This document shows positions 12,783 to 28,022 of a stretch of 64,000 nt of DNA, piece by piece. The DNA lies in the NCBI GenBank assembly GCA_951406725.2, contig OX597825.1, positions 85,994,001-86,058,000 of the forward strand, in the 5' to 3' direction. A program made the translations under genes and the position numbers. Numbering within the stretch: the stretch's first letter is position 1; each line of letters starts with the position of its first letter. This stretch comes from Octopus vulgaris (lineage: Eukaryota). Below the pieces are notes generated by a model. That model was not told where the DNA came from, ran no database searches, and saw only the letters and a list, made by a program, of their open reading frames with translations.

Positions 12783-15422
12783 TAAGGGAACAAGGGAGAA
12801 TGAGTTTTGCATAAAAACACAAACGAGCGACGACCGTGAATTTGAAATCAGATCTCTTGTGTTTGCAGCTTTTACCAAATGTATGCCCTCGGCCATTGGA
12901 ACTACACCGAACACCTTCACCTTCCCGAACAGGAGTCGTTTTCTAGTTTCTTCAAGGACACGCAAGTTCAATATCTGCTCTCGTACACTAAAAATGTTTG
13001 TTTCAAACCAACTTCGTGCACGAGATATAAAATAGATTCGTGACTAATAATCGAAACTTATACCTTTCTTCTTTTCTGTAATTATACACTTAAATCCATT
13101 TGTTTCATCTGATAGAAATTCGCCATTATCTCAGTTGACTCAGAGATGAATCTACAAAAATTAATTCACCTCCAGTTATAGAGATCTAATTCAAACTTTG
13201 AGCCAGATTTATATATTGATGATCTTTGAGTGAAAAATAAATCACAAACATGTACCATAGAGCTAGACAAATATGGAGCCTGTACATGGTCTCTCCATCT
13301 ACTAGAAATAGCAGCAAATTCGCTCTCAAATTAATCTAACAACAATGTCAATATGAATGTCCTTGGGGGCTAAACCCATTTTCTGAAGATATCTGATAAC
13401 ACCTCAATGCCAAATTTTGCCCATTTTTAAGAGAGATCGCTACTAGCTACTTTTGAAGTCTTCTTTGAACAATTTGATGTCAGTTTACCTGGAAAGAAAC
13501 AATGCAGTTGTTAATAAGAAAATTTGAAATAAATTCATCCAAGATTTCCCAACTCTAGCATCACTCTTTCTTAGTCAACCTCTGAGCTTTTCATCCCCAA
13601 CCCCCGTGTTTTCTTTTTTTCAAAAACGCAGTACCCTTTGAATAATGTCATTCTAGGTAAACGTTTAAAACTAAAAGTCGCGATGGCTACGGATGGAACG
13701 TCTTTGATCTTATGTCTGCTCCATAATAGCTGGTATTGTGGTACACAACAACAACATTAAGTTCTTGGTGAATCCCTAGCCCGACCTAGATTCGAAACCC
13801 TGTTGCAGTTGTTAACTATTTTGGAGGAATTGGATCAATTCTATCAAAATGTAGACTCCCCTACCATTTGTGGTTTTTACCATTCCCAGTTTCGTTTTTT
13901 GAAATCCAAGAAACATTTACAGAAGAAAATATTTCTTTCATTAATTAAAAATATCATGAAATGAAAGAGACAAAGTCATGTGATATTAATTTTCTTGGGC
14001 GTGAAGGGTAGAGAGAGAGACACCCTCATTCCTCAAGAACAGGCCAATCGACAGGATTCTGTACAGTTTCCAGCCACACAATTTCATCAAGAATTTCAGT
14101 AGATCCAATACCAAAAGAAGCTTTTCCCAAGATGCGACGCAATAGAATCGAACCCGAACTTACACGATTACCAAACAACCAAACTTGCACTCTTAAATTA
14201 AATACGCTGAGCATTTTCTGTTCTGTAACTTCCGGTAACAAAAGTGTACTTGATTCACAAAAATCTTATATTCTCTCAAGTCTTAGACACAGCAGTAATT
14301 TCTAGACTGGGCTTCACTGATGTGGTCCAATAAGGCCGAAATATGTCCTATTAGTTGTACCTCCACTGTCCTGCCAAAAATCAGACTCACTCCCACCCAT
14401 TGCAATTTAAATTCTAAGCTTATCTCCTCTGATTTCTTTAATGATAATTTCTCATTAAAGAAATACGGTTGTAATTCCTTAATTCACTACATTATGTTAA
14501 AGACCCACTTTATTATATTACGAGAAGACACTTGCTCAAGGTGCCATGTAATGGAATTGAACCTAGAAACAGCTGACCGTAAAGTAAACTTCTATCTCCG
14601 CACCTACATCTTCCTATCTAAATAAGCTTACATCACAGAGCTCTGCTCGCACCCATTATTGAACTGACCTGAAGGGATATACTGTGTCCTTGACCCCCAT
14701 TGCAGGGGTTTTTCCTTTCTACATCTTCCTCTTAAGGAAGGACGATTGAGTGACTAATATCTTGGCTGGCAACGATATTTTGTAGACTCAAAACAAAGAT
14801 AAAAATTTTAAATAAACGCAGAGACTTTCCAGAGAGAACTAAAAATAAGATTTCACAAAGTTCTTGTCCTTCTAAAGTTTACGAAGTACATTAAATTAAC
14901 GAAGTAAAAGAAGCTACGCAGTTTGAAGGCGATGGAAGGGAAAACGGTTACAGTTGTCCACTTAAAAGCACTCGGCTAAGATATACAAACGATAAGCAAA
15001 ACGGTGTTTACTCAACAACAGATCCCCTCGTTGCTAATCTCCGATTCATAAGTGATAGCTACCCGTGGTGCACAGTTTAACGTAGCGAACATAATTAGGG
15101 AACGGAAAAACTAGATAATTCAATAAATAACTGACTGAATGAATGATTAAATTAATAACGAAGTATCGGAGTGTAAAAGTGGCGTGTAGGGCACAGGGTG
15201 GCAGCAGGGAAACGGTTTTGCTATTTGCAGACTTAGATAATAGGACGTGGATGTCAAAACGGGCGAGTTTTCAAGTCCCTTAATTCTTGTTGATGGAAGA
15301 ATGTATTTTTTGTGGGAGCAAATATATGTCAGTGAACATGAATTTACGTTAGGTACAAAGTCATGTTATGTATGCATACATGAACATATATAGACACGTC
15401 TACATGAATATATATTTATAAA

Positions 15423-15848
<426 letters not shown>

Positions 15849-16211
15849 ATATATTGTATATGTGTGTGCACGTGTGTGTAAGTATGAATGTGTATGTTTG
15901 TGCGCTTGCGCGTGTGTTTGTGTATCATGAGAAAAAAACTGAAAAGGAGAAAAACGTTTGTAACGTTTCATAATAAAAAAAAAAGAGAGAGAAAAGGAAG
16001 AAAGAAAAGAGGATCGGTTTTTGGCATCGGTTGGAGATGGAATGAGGTGGAATGGTTTTTGTGTATGTTTTTGGCTGAACATCAATTGATTCGGACAGGA
16101 ACATTCTACACACTTTCGGTCGGCTTAATAAACTGTTAATGCGGAAACCGCCATTATGGGTGCATGCATAGATATATACACACACACCCAAACACACACA
16201 CAACACGTATG

Positions 16212-16263
<52 letters not shown>

Positions 16264-16456
16264 TAAAGAAGTGGGGGAGATGAACATAGACTAGAGAAAA
16301 AGGGGACGGGGAGAGAATATTTAAGGGTGATGAGTTAATTTGGGATGTGAGAGTTTTTGGGTGTATTGTGCCGATGGATATACAGAATAAAGGGACGAGG
16401 AATAAGGAATAAAGAAGGGGCTGAAAGAGGGGACAAAGGAGGGAGCATCATCTTCG

Positions 16457-16493
<37 letters not shown>

Positions 16494-16700
16494 ACTTGTT
16501 GCAATTGTTGCAGTTGTTCATTTTCTCAACTACATAGAAGTACGTTTATGGATGTGTGTGTGTTGTCCTTGTTTCTGTTGTTCGTTCGAGGTGGGCGGTG
16601 GCGGGGGTGGGAGTGGTGGGGGGTGACGGGATTATTTCAGTTCCCATTCCTTAGCCACTCATACCCAATAAATATGTGTGTGTGTGTGTGTGTGTCAGAG

Positions 16701-16735
<35 letters not shown>

Positions 16736-17020
16736 ATTATTCTTAAAAAAGAAAAAAATTGACAGTGATTTCTAAATTCGGACAGTTAAGCCATCAACGA
16801 TAGCTTAATTGTCCGAAAGAAACATCGAAGTCACTATCAACCACATTCTTGTTTAAGAACTTTGATAAATTTGTATTCTACAAAAATACAGAGAAACCCA
16901 TCAGATTTAATGGGGAAAAATGGTTTTTATTAGAAATGAACATAAAAACAAACTTTAATTTTATAAATATATATACATATATATATATATACATATATAT
17001 ATACATATACATATATATAT

Positions 17021-17075
<55 letters not shown>

Positions 17076-17086
17076 CATACATATGT

Positions 17087-17213
<127 letters not shown>

Positions 17214-17553
17214 CAGATGTGGTAAGTTCCATTAGCAGCAGGGGTAGGGAGGAGCCCGAAATAAAGTACGGTGCTCAATACTTCTAAGAGTCACTTATGA
17301 AATGTGTGTATATATATATATACATATATTTATGCGTGTGTACGTATGCGTGTGTACGTATGCGTGCGTGTGTGTGTGGGTATGTATGTGTACATTTGTC
17401 AGTCATTATGCGCGTACTTTTTTATATGCATCTACGTTAGAATGTGCATGCATGCGTGTACATCAATGTATCTGTAAGTTTATGTATGCATATGTGTGTG
17501 TGTGTGTGTGCATATGTATGCATGTGTGCATATGTATGCATATTTGTGTACGC

Positions 17554-17600
<47 letters not shown>

Positions 17601-17785
17601 TGTGTATGTCTTCAATTTAGTGAGATCGATAGCATTGTTGGAAAATTAAAGATAAATGTTTTATTGGAAATTTCTTGTATTCCTTCATGTTTTCGGTTTT
17701 TCGTCTTAAAATGTCGAAAATGATTAATTGAAGAACTTGTAATCTGGAAGGGACAAAAAACAACAGCAAAACACCACGAAGGATT

Positions 17786-17912
<127 letters not shown>

Positions 17913-17935
17913 TCATTATTACTATAGAGGACTGG

Positions 17936-18013
17936 TGGCTATGGATGAGGTGGAGTGACCTGAAGATAGAGACAGAAGCACTCATATGCGCAGCTCAGGA
18001 ACATGCGTTAAGG
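17936..18013 (+). mobile_element. Short R4/Dong-type relic
   Basis: Translates WLWMRWSDLKIETEALICAAQEHALR and sits beside a (TAA)n(TAG)n run. Confidence 0.7.
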
Positions 18014-18086
18014 CCCTTCTATTATAGCCTCGAGCCGACCAAAGCCTTGTGAGTGGATTTGGTAGACGGAAACTGAAAGAAGCCCG

Positions 18087-18120
<34 letters not shown>

Positions 18121-18742
18121 TATAATTATTTGAGGGAATATAAATCCAAACTTACAGGGAAAAAAATTCAATTTAGAAATACTAAATCAAATTTCACACA
18201 ATATAATATATATATAAAAAATTAGGAAAAAAAAAACACCTTTTATCAATTCAAAATGAACAATTAAATTACACCATCTAGAAAATTACATATAATAGAA
18301 ATATTAAAATTAAAATAACAATAAAAACACACACACACGCACACGCGCACATACACACACTCCAATAAATAACTACACCAAAATAAGGAACGGATTATAA
18401 GGCAACGGAAATGCAGACCGGCGCCATTGCATCGGTGAACATCTGCAAAGATAAAGTCGTACAGCGACAAAGTGTCAATGAGAAGATGCATTTTAAGGAA
18501 ATTAATTAATATACGCCGAGTAAATAAAAAAGAAGTCAGGGGGAAATAAACATGTCGTTACACATGAATGGAATGATTAAATTTTTGTTGAAAAATATAT
18601 CATTTAAATCATCTTGAAAACTCACAAATGCGTTAAAGATTTTCAAACGATTTCATTGGATAAATATAAGAATGATATTCTACAAATTTGTTTTTCACTT
18701 TTTCATATACAGACATATATGGATGTGCATGTATTACTATTA

Positions 18743-18820
<78 letters not shown>

Positions 18821-19226
18821 GAAACAGGGTAACCGATGCATGAAATCAGAGCTATAATAATGTAATCTAATATACATGTGAAGACGTGAACTTAAAATCC
18901 AACAGGAAATTAATATTAAAATAAATATCAATTCTGCACCCAGACATGCGTGCGTTTCTGATACTTCGCCGTATCTTCTTTATCAGGTAGTCGGTGCTAT
19001 GATTTTATACATTCCCAAGTGAATTGAAGAAACATGAATGCTTCGTTCTTCCCTGGTATAGGACAGACGAGAAATTCTGCGGGTCATTCGAATATGACTT
19101 CTCGTCGAAGGGACTTTTAACCTGCGCATTGATATATGGAAGCTGTCTTGTTGAAGGTATCCCTCTCCAAGGGGAGATCGGAGACTCTTCTGCTTTTTCC
19201 GGTCAAAATATTCCTAAATATTCCTA

Positions 19227-19617
19227 GGTGCAGACGTGGCTGTGTGTTAAGAAGCTTGCTTACCAACTACATGGTTGCGGGTTCAGTCCTGCTGTGTGGC
19301 ACCTTGGGCTATAGCCTCGGGCCGACCAAAGCCTTGTGAGTGGATTTGGTAGACGAAAACTGAAAGAAGCCCGTCATATATATATGTCTGTATATCTATG
19401 TGTGTGTGTGTGTGTTTGTGTCTGTGTTTGTTTCCACTAGCGCTTGACAACCGCGGTTGGTGTCCCCGTAATTTAGCAGTTCGACAAAAGAAACCGATAG
19501 AATAAGTACCAACGCGAAAAGAATAAGCCCTGGGTTCAAATTGTTCAACTAAAACCGTTCAAGGCGGTGCCCCAGCATGGCCGCAGTCAAATGATTGATA
19601 CAAGTAAAAGACTAAAA
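19227..19617 (+). mobile_element. tRNA-derived SINE, family B
   Basis: Head gtggctgtgtg...gggttcagtcc, internal gccttgtgagtggatttggtagac, tail cagcatggccgcagtcaaatga. Many copies in the window. Confidence 0.85.
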
Positions 19618-21054
19618 GCGAAATCATAATTTGTGTGAATGTCATTTGATGATCTCATTTCGGTTTTTGTAAAGGTAACGTTTGCCTGTATTGAAGGCCG
19701 TGCTGTGTCCTAGAAGTGGGCCGGCATTAAGTTAGTTCGAAAGGTTTCGTTTAGATCAAATTCACTAAACATTTCTTTTAAATTCTTTCTGTCTGTCCAT
19801 GGAGCAGTCATTCACGACACACGGACGCATTGCTAAACCCAAAAGCTCTGCACCATCAAGAGCTGAAGGGGTTCAGGTCCCGAAAACACACACACACGAG
19901 TGTTTGTGCACGCATGCGTATATGTACGTAGGTACTTGTGTATGTATGTATATAAGTATGTATGTGTATGAATATGTGTGTACGTATATATGTATTTATG
20001 TATGTTTGTATATGTATGTATTTATGCGTGTATGTATGCGTGTATGTATGTGTGTATGTATGAGTGTATGTATGTGTGTATATATGTGTATGTGTATATA
20101 TGTGTATGTATGTATGCATGTATGTAAGATCTTTTTGCCTGCCAGCACAGCTGTGCATTATGCAACAGAATGTGCAAACCTTTGGCCGGACTCAAGAGTC
20201 ATACAAGAGCCTCGCACTGCATCAACAATGACTCCTTTGAATGCTTCTTTCTAGCAACGGCTTTGCTCGTATACGAGAAATCAACAACTATATATGTGCG
20301 CATGTATGTATAAAAATTGAAGGTGAGGAAATCATTCGGCCGAAACTCCAAATTTGACGATAATACATTTCTTCCGTCGGTCATCGACGAATTGAAAAGA
20401 TTAGCAAAAGATAACTTCATGTTGGAAAGAGAAGGACACGTACCTCACATTGGAGGGACTGCTTGGAAATTTGGGGGCAGAGTGGGATAAATGATGGGAA
20501 TGAAAGATGTTTCAAAGTATCGCCCTTAATTACACGACTTGCGTGCAACTGAAGGACAGATGTTTATATATTTATGCTACAGAAAACACGTATTATGGTT
20601 TCACGGAAAACATATTCAAAACCTGAAACAGACAACATTTGTTCAGACAGAATAAAAGCAACTCTACATCATTGTCAAAGTACATGTGGAAGTTGAAAGA
20701 TATGAGACAAGGAAATCTTACATTTGTAAGCCTAGTACTCATTCTATCGGGTTCTTTTGCCTAACAGCTTAGTTACGGGGACGTAAACGCACCAACATCG
20801 GTTGTCAATCGATAGTGGTGGGACAAACACAGACACACAAATACATATGATACATCGCTAGCCACTACACATTCTTTATTTTCTCTCCTTGTTTCTTTCT
20901 GTGGAAGAGCGTAGGCTTGAAACGTTAAAGACTTTTTCGCTTCCCAAGCGTTATACTAATACATCTGTTTGTTGTCTACACCACCTGTCTTCGTCTTTTA
21001 TTTTTATTTTGTGAATTTTCCCCATATATATATTTTATATATATATATATATAT

Positions 21055-21827
21055 ATAATTATAACAAGGGCTTGGCTTATGCCTCACCACGCGCTGAAAC
21101 ATAGACGTCACGAGACACTATTACCACTATAAGTTCTCCGAGAGAAACACAATACATAAAAGGCCAGCAAAAGAAAAAAGTGAATTAAAACATGATCGTG
21201 TTTCGGGCTTAAAGTAATAAAAACATTACCTATTGCCTTCATCAGCGTTGATACTTGGCCTAAATATACGAATAGCCACGGATATGTGAACGAACTGCGT
21301 CTTCGCTCAACTTATATCCATCGAGACTCGCATAGATGTGCTGCGAAGTAGAATTCATATTGCTCTCTTGTAGCCACGTGTGGTGTGTTAAAGATCTCAA
21401 GTCTGCAGTTATTACAGTTTTGATCAAGGAGTAAATGTTTATTAAAATATTAATTATAATTAACACTGCAGACTTGAGATCTTTAACACACTACACGTGG
21501 CTATAACAGAAGAATACGAATTCTACTTCGCAGCACATCTATGCGAGTCTCGACGGATATAAGTTGAGCGAAGACGCAGTTCGTTCACATATCCGTGGCT
21601 ACTCGTATATTTATGCCAGGAGTATCGATGCTGATGAAGGCAATAGGTAATGTTTTTTTATTATTACTTTAAGCCCGAAACGCGATCATGTTTTAATTCC
21701 TTTTCTTTCTTCTACCAGCCTTTTATGTAGTGTGTTTCTCTCGGAGAACTTAAAGTGGTAATAGTATCTCTTGAGGTCTATTTTTCAGTGCGTGGTGAGG
21801 CACAAGCCAAGCCCTTGTTATAATTAT
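21055..21827. repeat. Large palindromic element (~355-bp arms, 55-bp spacer) with hammerhead-like motif in each arm
   Basis: 21055-21409 is the reverse complement of 21465-21827 with scattered mismatches. CTGATGAAGGC...GCCCGAAACGCG lies at 21631-21684. Confidence 0.92.
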
Positions 21828-21898
21828 TTATAAAATGTACCTATGAGGTTTTATTATCGCGCTGACCACTTGGTATAAATCATTAATGATTTTTACCC

Positions 21899-21932
<34 letters not shown>

Positions 21933-22296
21933 GTTATTGTTATTATTATTATTATTATTATATAGGACTGGAGTCGATTTAATTGACTAAAATTCTTTTC
22001 TCTCCTTGCTTCTTTCTGTGTCCCAGTATGGCCAGAGTCCAGTAATTGAAACAAGTAAATGATAAAAGATAAACACATACATATATATATATATGTATGT
22101 ACGTATGTATATGCGTGCGCATGCGAATATATATATATATTATATACATTTGTATATATTACATATATTATACGGTGGTATATGTGTATGCTTGTGTGTG
22201 TGTGTATGCGTATACATAAATACATTTTTGTGTGTATCTATGTGTTAATGGGTATATATACACCCATATATATATACACCCATATATATATATACA

Positions 22297-22338
<42 letters not shown>

Positions 22339-23586
22339 CACGTTGTGTCTCCCCACCCCACCCCCTCTAATAACAACACACACAACAAAACCGTCCCCTC
22401 CTCCTCCCCCCCCCCTTCCGCCTCCCCATTACTGAATATGATTTATTTGTTTCGTTCGCCGACAAATCAGAGAATTTAACATCGTGAACTATCTTATCTC
22501 TTGGACCGTTCCACACCATTTCAAAGGCACGGCACCCTCTCTCCCACCTCTCTCTTACCCTCTCTCTCCTTCCCTGTCTTTCTCTTTCTCTCCCTCTCTG
22601 TCCCACCCCCACAACTTTTAATCCTCTCATTTATTATTAATCTTTGTTATCTGTACACTTTCACAAACCTTTTATTCACTCCGATTATTTCCTATACTAC
22701 GTGTGTGTGTGTGTGTGTGTCTGTGTGTGTGTGTCTGTGTGTGTGTCTGTGTGTGTGTGCGTCTGTGTGTGTATGTGTGTGTTGATTACAGTTTGTTTGT
22801 TTGTTTCCTCTTTTTATACATTATTCTATTTATTTCATTACATCTCAATTCCGCATCTTAAAGCGTTGAACTGGCAGGATTGTTGGCTGCATTTCTTGGG
22901 ACTCTTTATGTTCTGAGTTAAAATCCCGCCAGGCTCAACTTTGCCTTTCATTCCTTAGGGATGGATAGAATAAGTACCAGTTGGACTCTGGGGGTCGATC
23001 TAATTGACTTGTCCTCCTCGCCTCAAAATTACTAGCCTTGAACCCTGCAACGGACCGCTATTCCATTCAGAGGAAATGTTGTGATCTCAGACTCTTGTAA
23101 GCCATAGAAACCGGAAAATCGGCTTTATGAGTTTGAAGCACCAAGAAAAACGAAAGCAAAATCTTATATTTTTGTCAATTATGAATATCAGATTATCGCC
23201 CCAAAACACCTTCGCCCTAAATAGTCTTCGATCCTTCAATTGCCACATGTACTTTGATGATGATGTAGAGTTGTTTTTATTCTGGCTGAACGAATGAATG
23301 ATGGCTGTTCAAGGGCTTCGATGTGTTTTGCGTGAAGCCAATTTATGATCTCTCTGTGAGTGTTGTACTTTCAAGCGAGTTATTCACAGTCGCCTAATAA
23401 CGCGGAAGCGTGAGATTTCAGTTGGAACTCAAATTCAACTTTGAATCAATCTTGTATATATGTGTGTATGAGTGTGTGTGTGTGTGTGTGCGCGCGTGCA
23501 TGTAAGAGAGTATGTGAGAGAGAGAGAGTGAATGAGTGAGTATGAGTATGTGTGTGTGTATGTGTGTGTGTATGTGTGTAAGTGTC

Positions 23587-23623
<37 letters not shown>

Positions 23624-24377
23624 GTGTGTGTGCTCCAAGTCATTCTTCACAAACTTTTATCTTATCCCTCAGCTATTTCTCAGAAAGGCCAACAACCGCA
23701 AATCAATTGATCCATTCATTGGTTTAATTATCCATTTAACCATTTACATCAACGTCCTTCTATCGATGCAGTCTACCATCCATCCATCCAACCATTCATC
23801 TAAACCATCGCTTATCTACCTAAATCTATCGTATCATACACACCGCTTTCCCTACATGCATACATTTATACGTAAATGTGTGTGTGTAATATGTATGTGA
23901 GTATATATATATATATACATACATATTACATAGAGAGACAGAAGACAGACAGACAGACTAAAAAATGAAGACGACGTTGTTACATAACTTTAATCTGTGT
24001 TACGATTGGTTTGAGGAACTATTTCAACGCTACACACTGGCTTGCGTGCATAATAAATCAATTAATAAATTAAACCATTCGCATCAGGCTCTGAAGTTAT
24101 TATGGCGAATCTTCAGATTTCTCAGCAGATATTCTTGAGGTGACGGGTTTTGCATAGTATCAGACGTATAAACATCGTTTCACACACAAAGAGAGGATAA
24201 TTATACATCTTCATCAATCTTCTCAGCCCACCATCTACCCATCTAATTATCTAGTTACCTTAACTAAATTTGTCTGAAATTGATGGATGAGCGCAAGGAG
24301 CCGTGTTGGCGTTGATTTGTGGGTTCGATTCTGGCTGGGATTAGCTCATCATTTTTCAGTCATTTGTTTGTATTTAA

Positions 24378-24417
<40 letters not shown>

Positions 24418-24675
24418 AGTGATCGATCTGACTATAGGATGTTGTTTTACATCGCTGGTCACAATGCGCTTTGCATCGTTTCAGCTTTCGAATGACGCCA
24501 TTCTGCTAGGTAGATGAGCAGGCCAACATTCTCCCTGGTCGAAAGGCTAATCCATCGCAGGGGGATCCATTTACAGATGGGTGAACTAGAGCAGCGTAAA
24601 ATAAATTGTTTTACTCAAAAACACAACGCGCAGCTAATCTGGGAGTCGATCACACAATCGTGAGGGCAACACGCC

Positions 24676-24756
<81 letters not shown>

Positions 24757-25877
24757 GCACGTGTTTGTATCTGCCCGTCTATCCTATATTCCTTGACACA
24801 CTCCATCAAGCTGAAAAACAATCAATAGCCTGGCGTGTGTCCTGAACAACTTCCGCATTTCAACACAATTGAATTTTCTTCTCGACAAAACTGTTTGAGT
24901 TTCTTCGAAGTAATTACTGAAAACAGGAAATTATCAGAACGGGGCAGTTCTGCGCAGTTCCATCATCATCATCATTATTATCATCATTATCATCACCATC
25001 ATCATCATCATTATCATCATTATCATTATCATCATCGTCGTCATCATCATCATTATCATCTTTGTTCAATTTTTTTCATTTCTGCTGTTGTCTCCGAAAT
25101 TCCATTTTTCTCTTGTCTTCGAGATATTCATTCTTAATCTTTCATAGAAATTATGCCAACCTATTTCCATGTTTTTCTTTTCATGGATGTGTGTGTATGT
25201 GTACAATGCAATTCTATATGCGTTAATCGGTTTATTTATGTGTGTATGTTTGTGATTGTGTTTTTGTGTGTGCGTGTTGAGACTATTTGCGTGTGTATTT
25301 TTAAATGTAATTTTTCGTTTGTATTTCACAAATCCTTCACGAAAAGGATTTATACTGAGGCGTTAAAGTCACAAACACACACACATATGTACATATACAC
25401 GTTCACATTTTATACATACACACACACATACACATGATGTGGCACAAACTGTGGATGCTGTTAGTATATACGCATTTAGACTCCCTGTGAAAATTAAACA
25501 CCATTATTACGCTCCAAATTTGTATGTAGCAAGAAACAGAACAACCTGGCTGGTCAAGCTTTATTCACATATCATCAGGGAACGATTACTTATTCCTGTC
25601 CACAGAGAGAATAGTACCCTCCTCCTTTTCTGCTCTCTTCCCCACTCCCCTTCTGTGTCACCTCTACTCTATTCATTCCCTCTTTCCATAAACATCACCA
25701 CAGCCCCTTCACATCTCACCCACAATTCTCTCATTTATGAGAAACAACATACAAGATATGGTTTCAGTTCTTTTATATTCTTTCGCTTTTTAACCGCTCC
25801 ACAGTGAACCATAACCAACCTTCCACCTCCCCTCCTTCTCAACCACCATTCAGTCATTACTATAGTTACACTATTTT

Positions 25878-26285
25878 TTATTCTTTTGCTTGTTTTAGTC
25901 ATTAGACTGTGCCCATGCTGGGGCAGCGCCTTAGAGGTTTTAGTCGAACAAATCGACCCTGTACTTATTTTCTTATCAAGCCTGATCCTCATTCTATCAC
26001 TCTCTTTTTACCAAAATGTCTAATTACTGGGACGCAAACAAACCAACATCAGTTGTCAAGCAGTGGTGGGAACAAACACAAACACATACAGATACAGTAT
26101 ATACATACATATATATATACAACGAGTTTCTTTCAGATTCCGTCTAGCAAATCCACTCACAAGGTTTGAGTCGGTCCGAGGCTATAATAGAAAGCATTTT
26201 CCCAAGGTGCCTCGCTGCAGGACTGAACCCGGATCCACGTGGTTGGGAAACAAACCTCTTACTACACAGCCACGCCTGCGCCTAT
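25878..26285 (-). mobile_element. SINE family B copy
   Basis: Reverse complement of the 29854 element, diverged. Confidence 0.8.
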
Positions 26286-27003
26286 AGTTATTTTTTATTA
26301 TCTCTTCCCCCACCCCACCTCATACCCACAACTACCCTTTTCCGAATTCCTTTTTTAATTTTTCTATTTCTATCTCACAATTTTGCTCGTCGCCATTGAA
26401 ACATTTTACTTGAATCCTTCTCACTTATTCTCCTTTCCTTTATCTTTACTTTCCTCTTCTTTCTCCTCCAAAACTTGCCTTTTTCTCTTCACTCTTTTTC
26501 CTCTCTCTATTCTATTCCAACCCACCCGCCAAAAAAAAATCCCAGACGACAACCAGCCCCCTCCCCACCAGTCCTCCCACCTTGTCCACCTTACAACACT
26601 CCTTTCAATTCCTTTTAACTTTTAACCTCAACCACTCACTCTCACCTAATCACCTCCCACCACCACCTTTCTTGTGCCATTTCACTTTTAACATTATAAA
26701 GTTTATTTGCATTTTATACTTTTGGTTATTTTATCTTTTTCTATCCAATTTCTTTACATCCTTCATTTTGTTACATTATTGGGGTTTTTTTTTGCTTGTT
26801 TTTTTCAACGATATCTTCTCATTCTTTAACTTTTTATTCTGTTTATATTCTTCTAATCGCCTATTACCGCCTCGCCGTTTCTGTTAATATTTTAATTATC
26901 ACAACTAGTAACGTATTTATTTGTATTTATATTATCGCAGCCTCCATTGCACTGATCCTTCCTCCACACCGTTCCTGTTTTTACAATACACACACACACA
27001 CAC

Positions 27004-27066
<63 letters not shown>

Positions 27067-27229
27067 GTATATATATATATGACTAAGCGTTCACACATTT
27101 ATTAGCCTTCTGTGAAGAGACGGGAGTCGAAACATCTGACCATGTTGTAAGAAGGTCTTAAACAGCAGTTAATTATTTTACATTGCTTGAAACACATCAG
27201 AACATCGTTAGTTCCGATCGAGTGTCCAC

Positions 27230-27598
27230 AACCGAGAGATAAACATCTCAAAAACGTCATGTTCAGATTTCACATGGAAATCTCCAGGCAGACTCTATAA
27301 CCGATCCCAGTTATGTGAGTGGGTTGACGGACCGTCAGTGATGCTTCTCCTGGATAAATTCACAGATATTTTTCCACAATTTCCATCATTCTGTAAGTTA
27401 TTGGCCACACATTTAACACTCACCGTTGAGATCAGACACCTGGCCAGTCTTTAAACCTACGTGCCATTTAATGCTCAAAGTTCAACTGAAAAAATGTTCG
27501 CCAAAAGACTGCTGAAGCATTCCAAGTGTCCAGTTATCGGATTTGCCAAGATTCATACAAATTTTGATACATGTACATAGCTTGAATTTGTCAGCCAT
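27230..27598 (-). mobile_element. Mariner transposase N-terminal relic
   Basis: MADKFKLCTCIKICMNLGKSDNWTLGMLQQSFGEH...KWHVGLKTGQVS...LTVRQ resembles the mariner HTH region, with stops and frameshifts. Confidence 0.72.
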
Positions 27599-27915
27599 TT
27601 TAAAAGATTGCAGATTTGTTCTGATGCAACGGTTCAAAACTAAGCAGGAGTTGGTAGCATGAAGCGTATTTCTAAAGTGACCGGAGGAGAGCGAAGGTTG
27701 TGGAGATCAACAAAAATTACGGAAGACTTGATCTTAGAAATTACAAAGGAGTAAATCTCATTGGTGTTCTGGGAAATATTACGGATCCCACAATGAAGGA
27801 AATGGTGATGAAACGTTTAAAGGAACAATCAGTCTGAGGGTAACTTATTTTGGTGTCGACTATACTAGGTCAACCGTGCCAAAGATTCTCTTCCCTCCAT
27901 AGATTCCAGTAGATT

Positions 27916-27937
27916 GTGTGTGTGTGCGTATGTGTGT

Positions 27938-28021
<84 letters not shown>
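27916..28021. repeat. (GT)n microsatellite
   Basis: Seen directly in the sequence. Confidence 0.95.

Positions 28022-28022
<1 letters not shown>

Noticed and set aside
20240-20440. Possible mariner C-terminal relic
   Set aside because: Only a faint KKCI-like match, too degenerate to assert.
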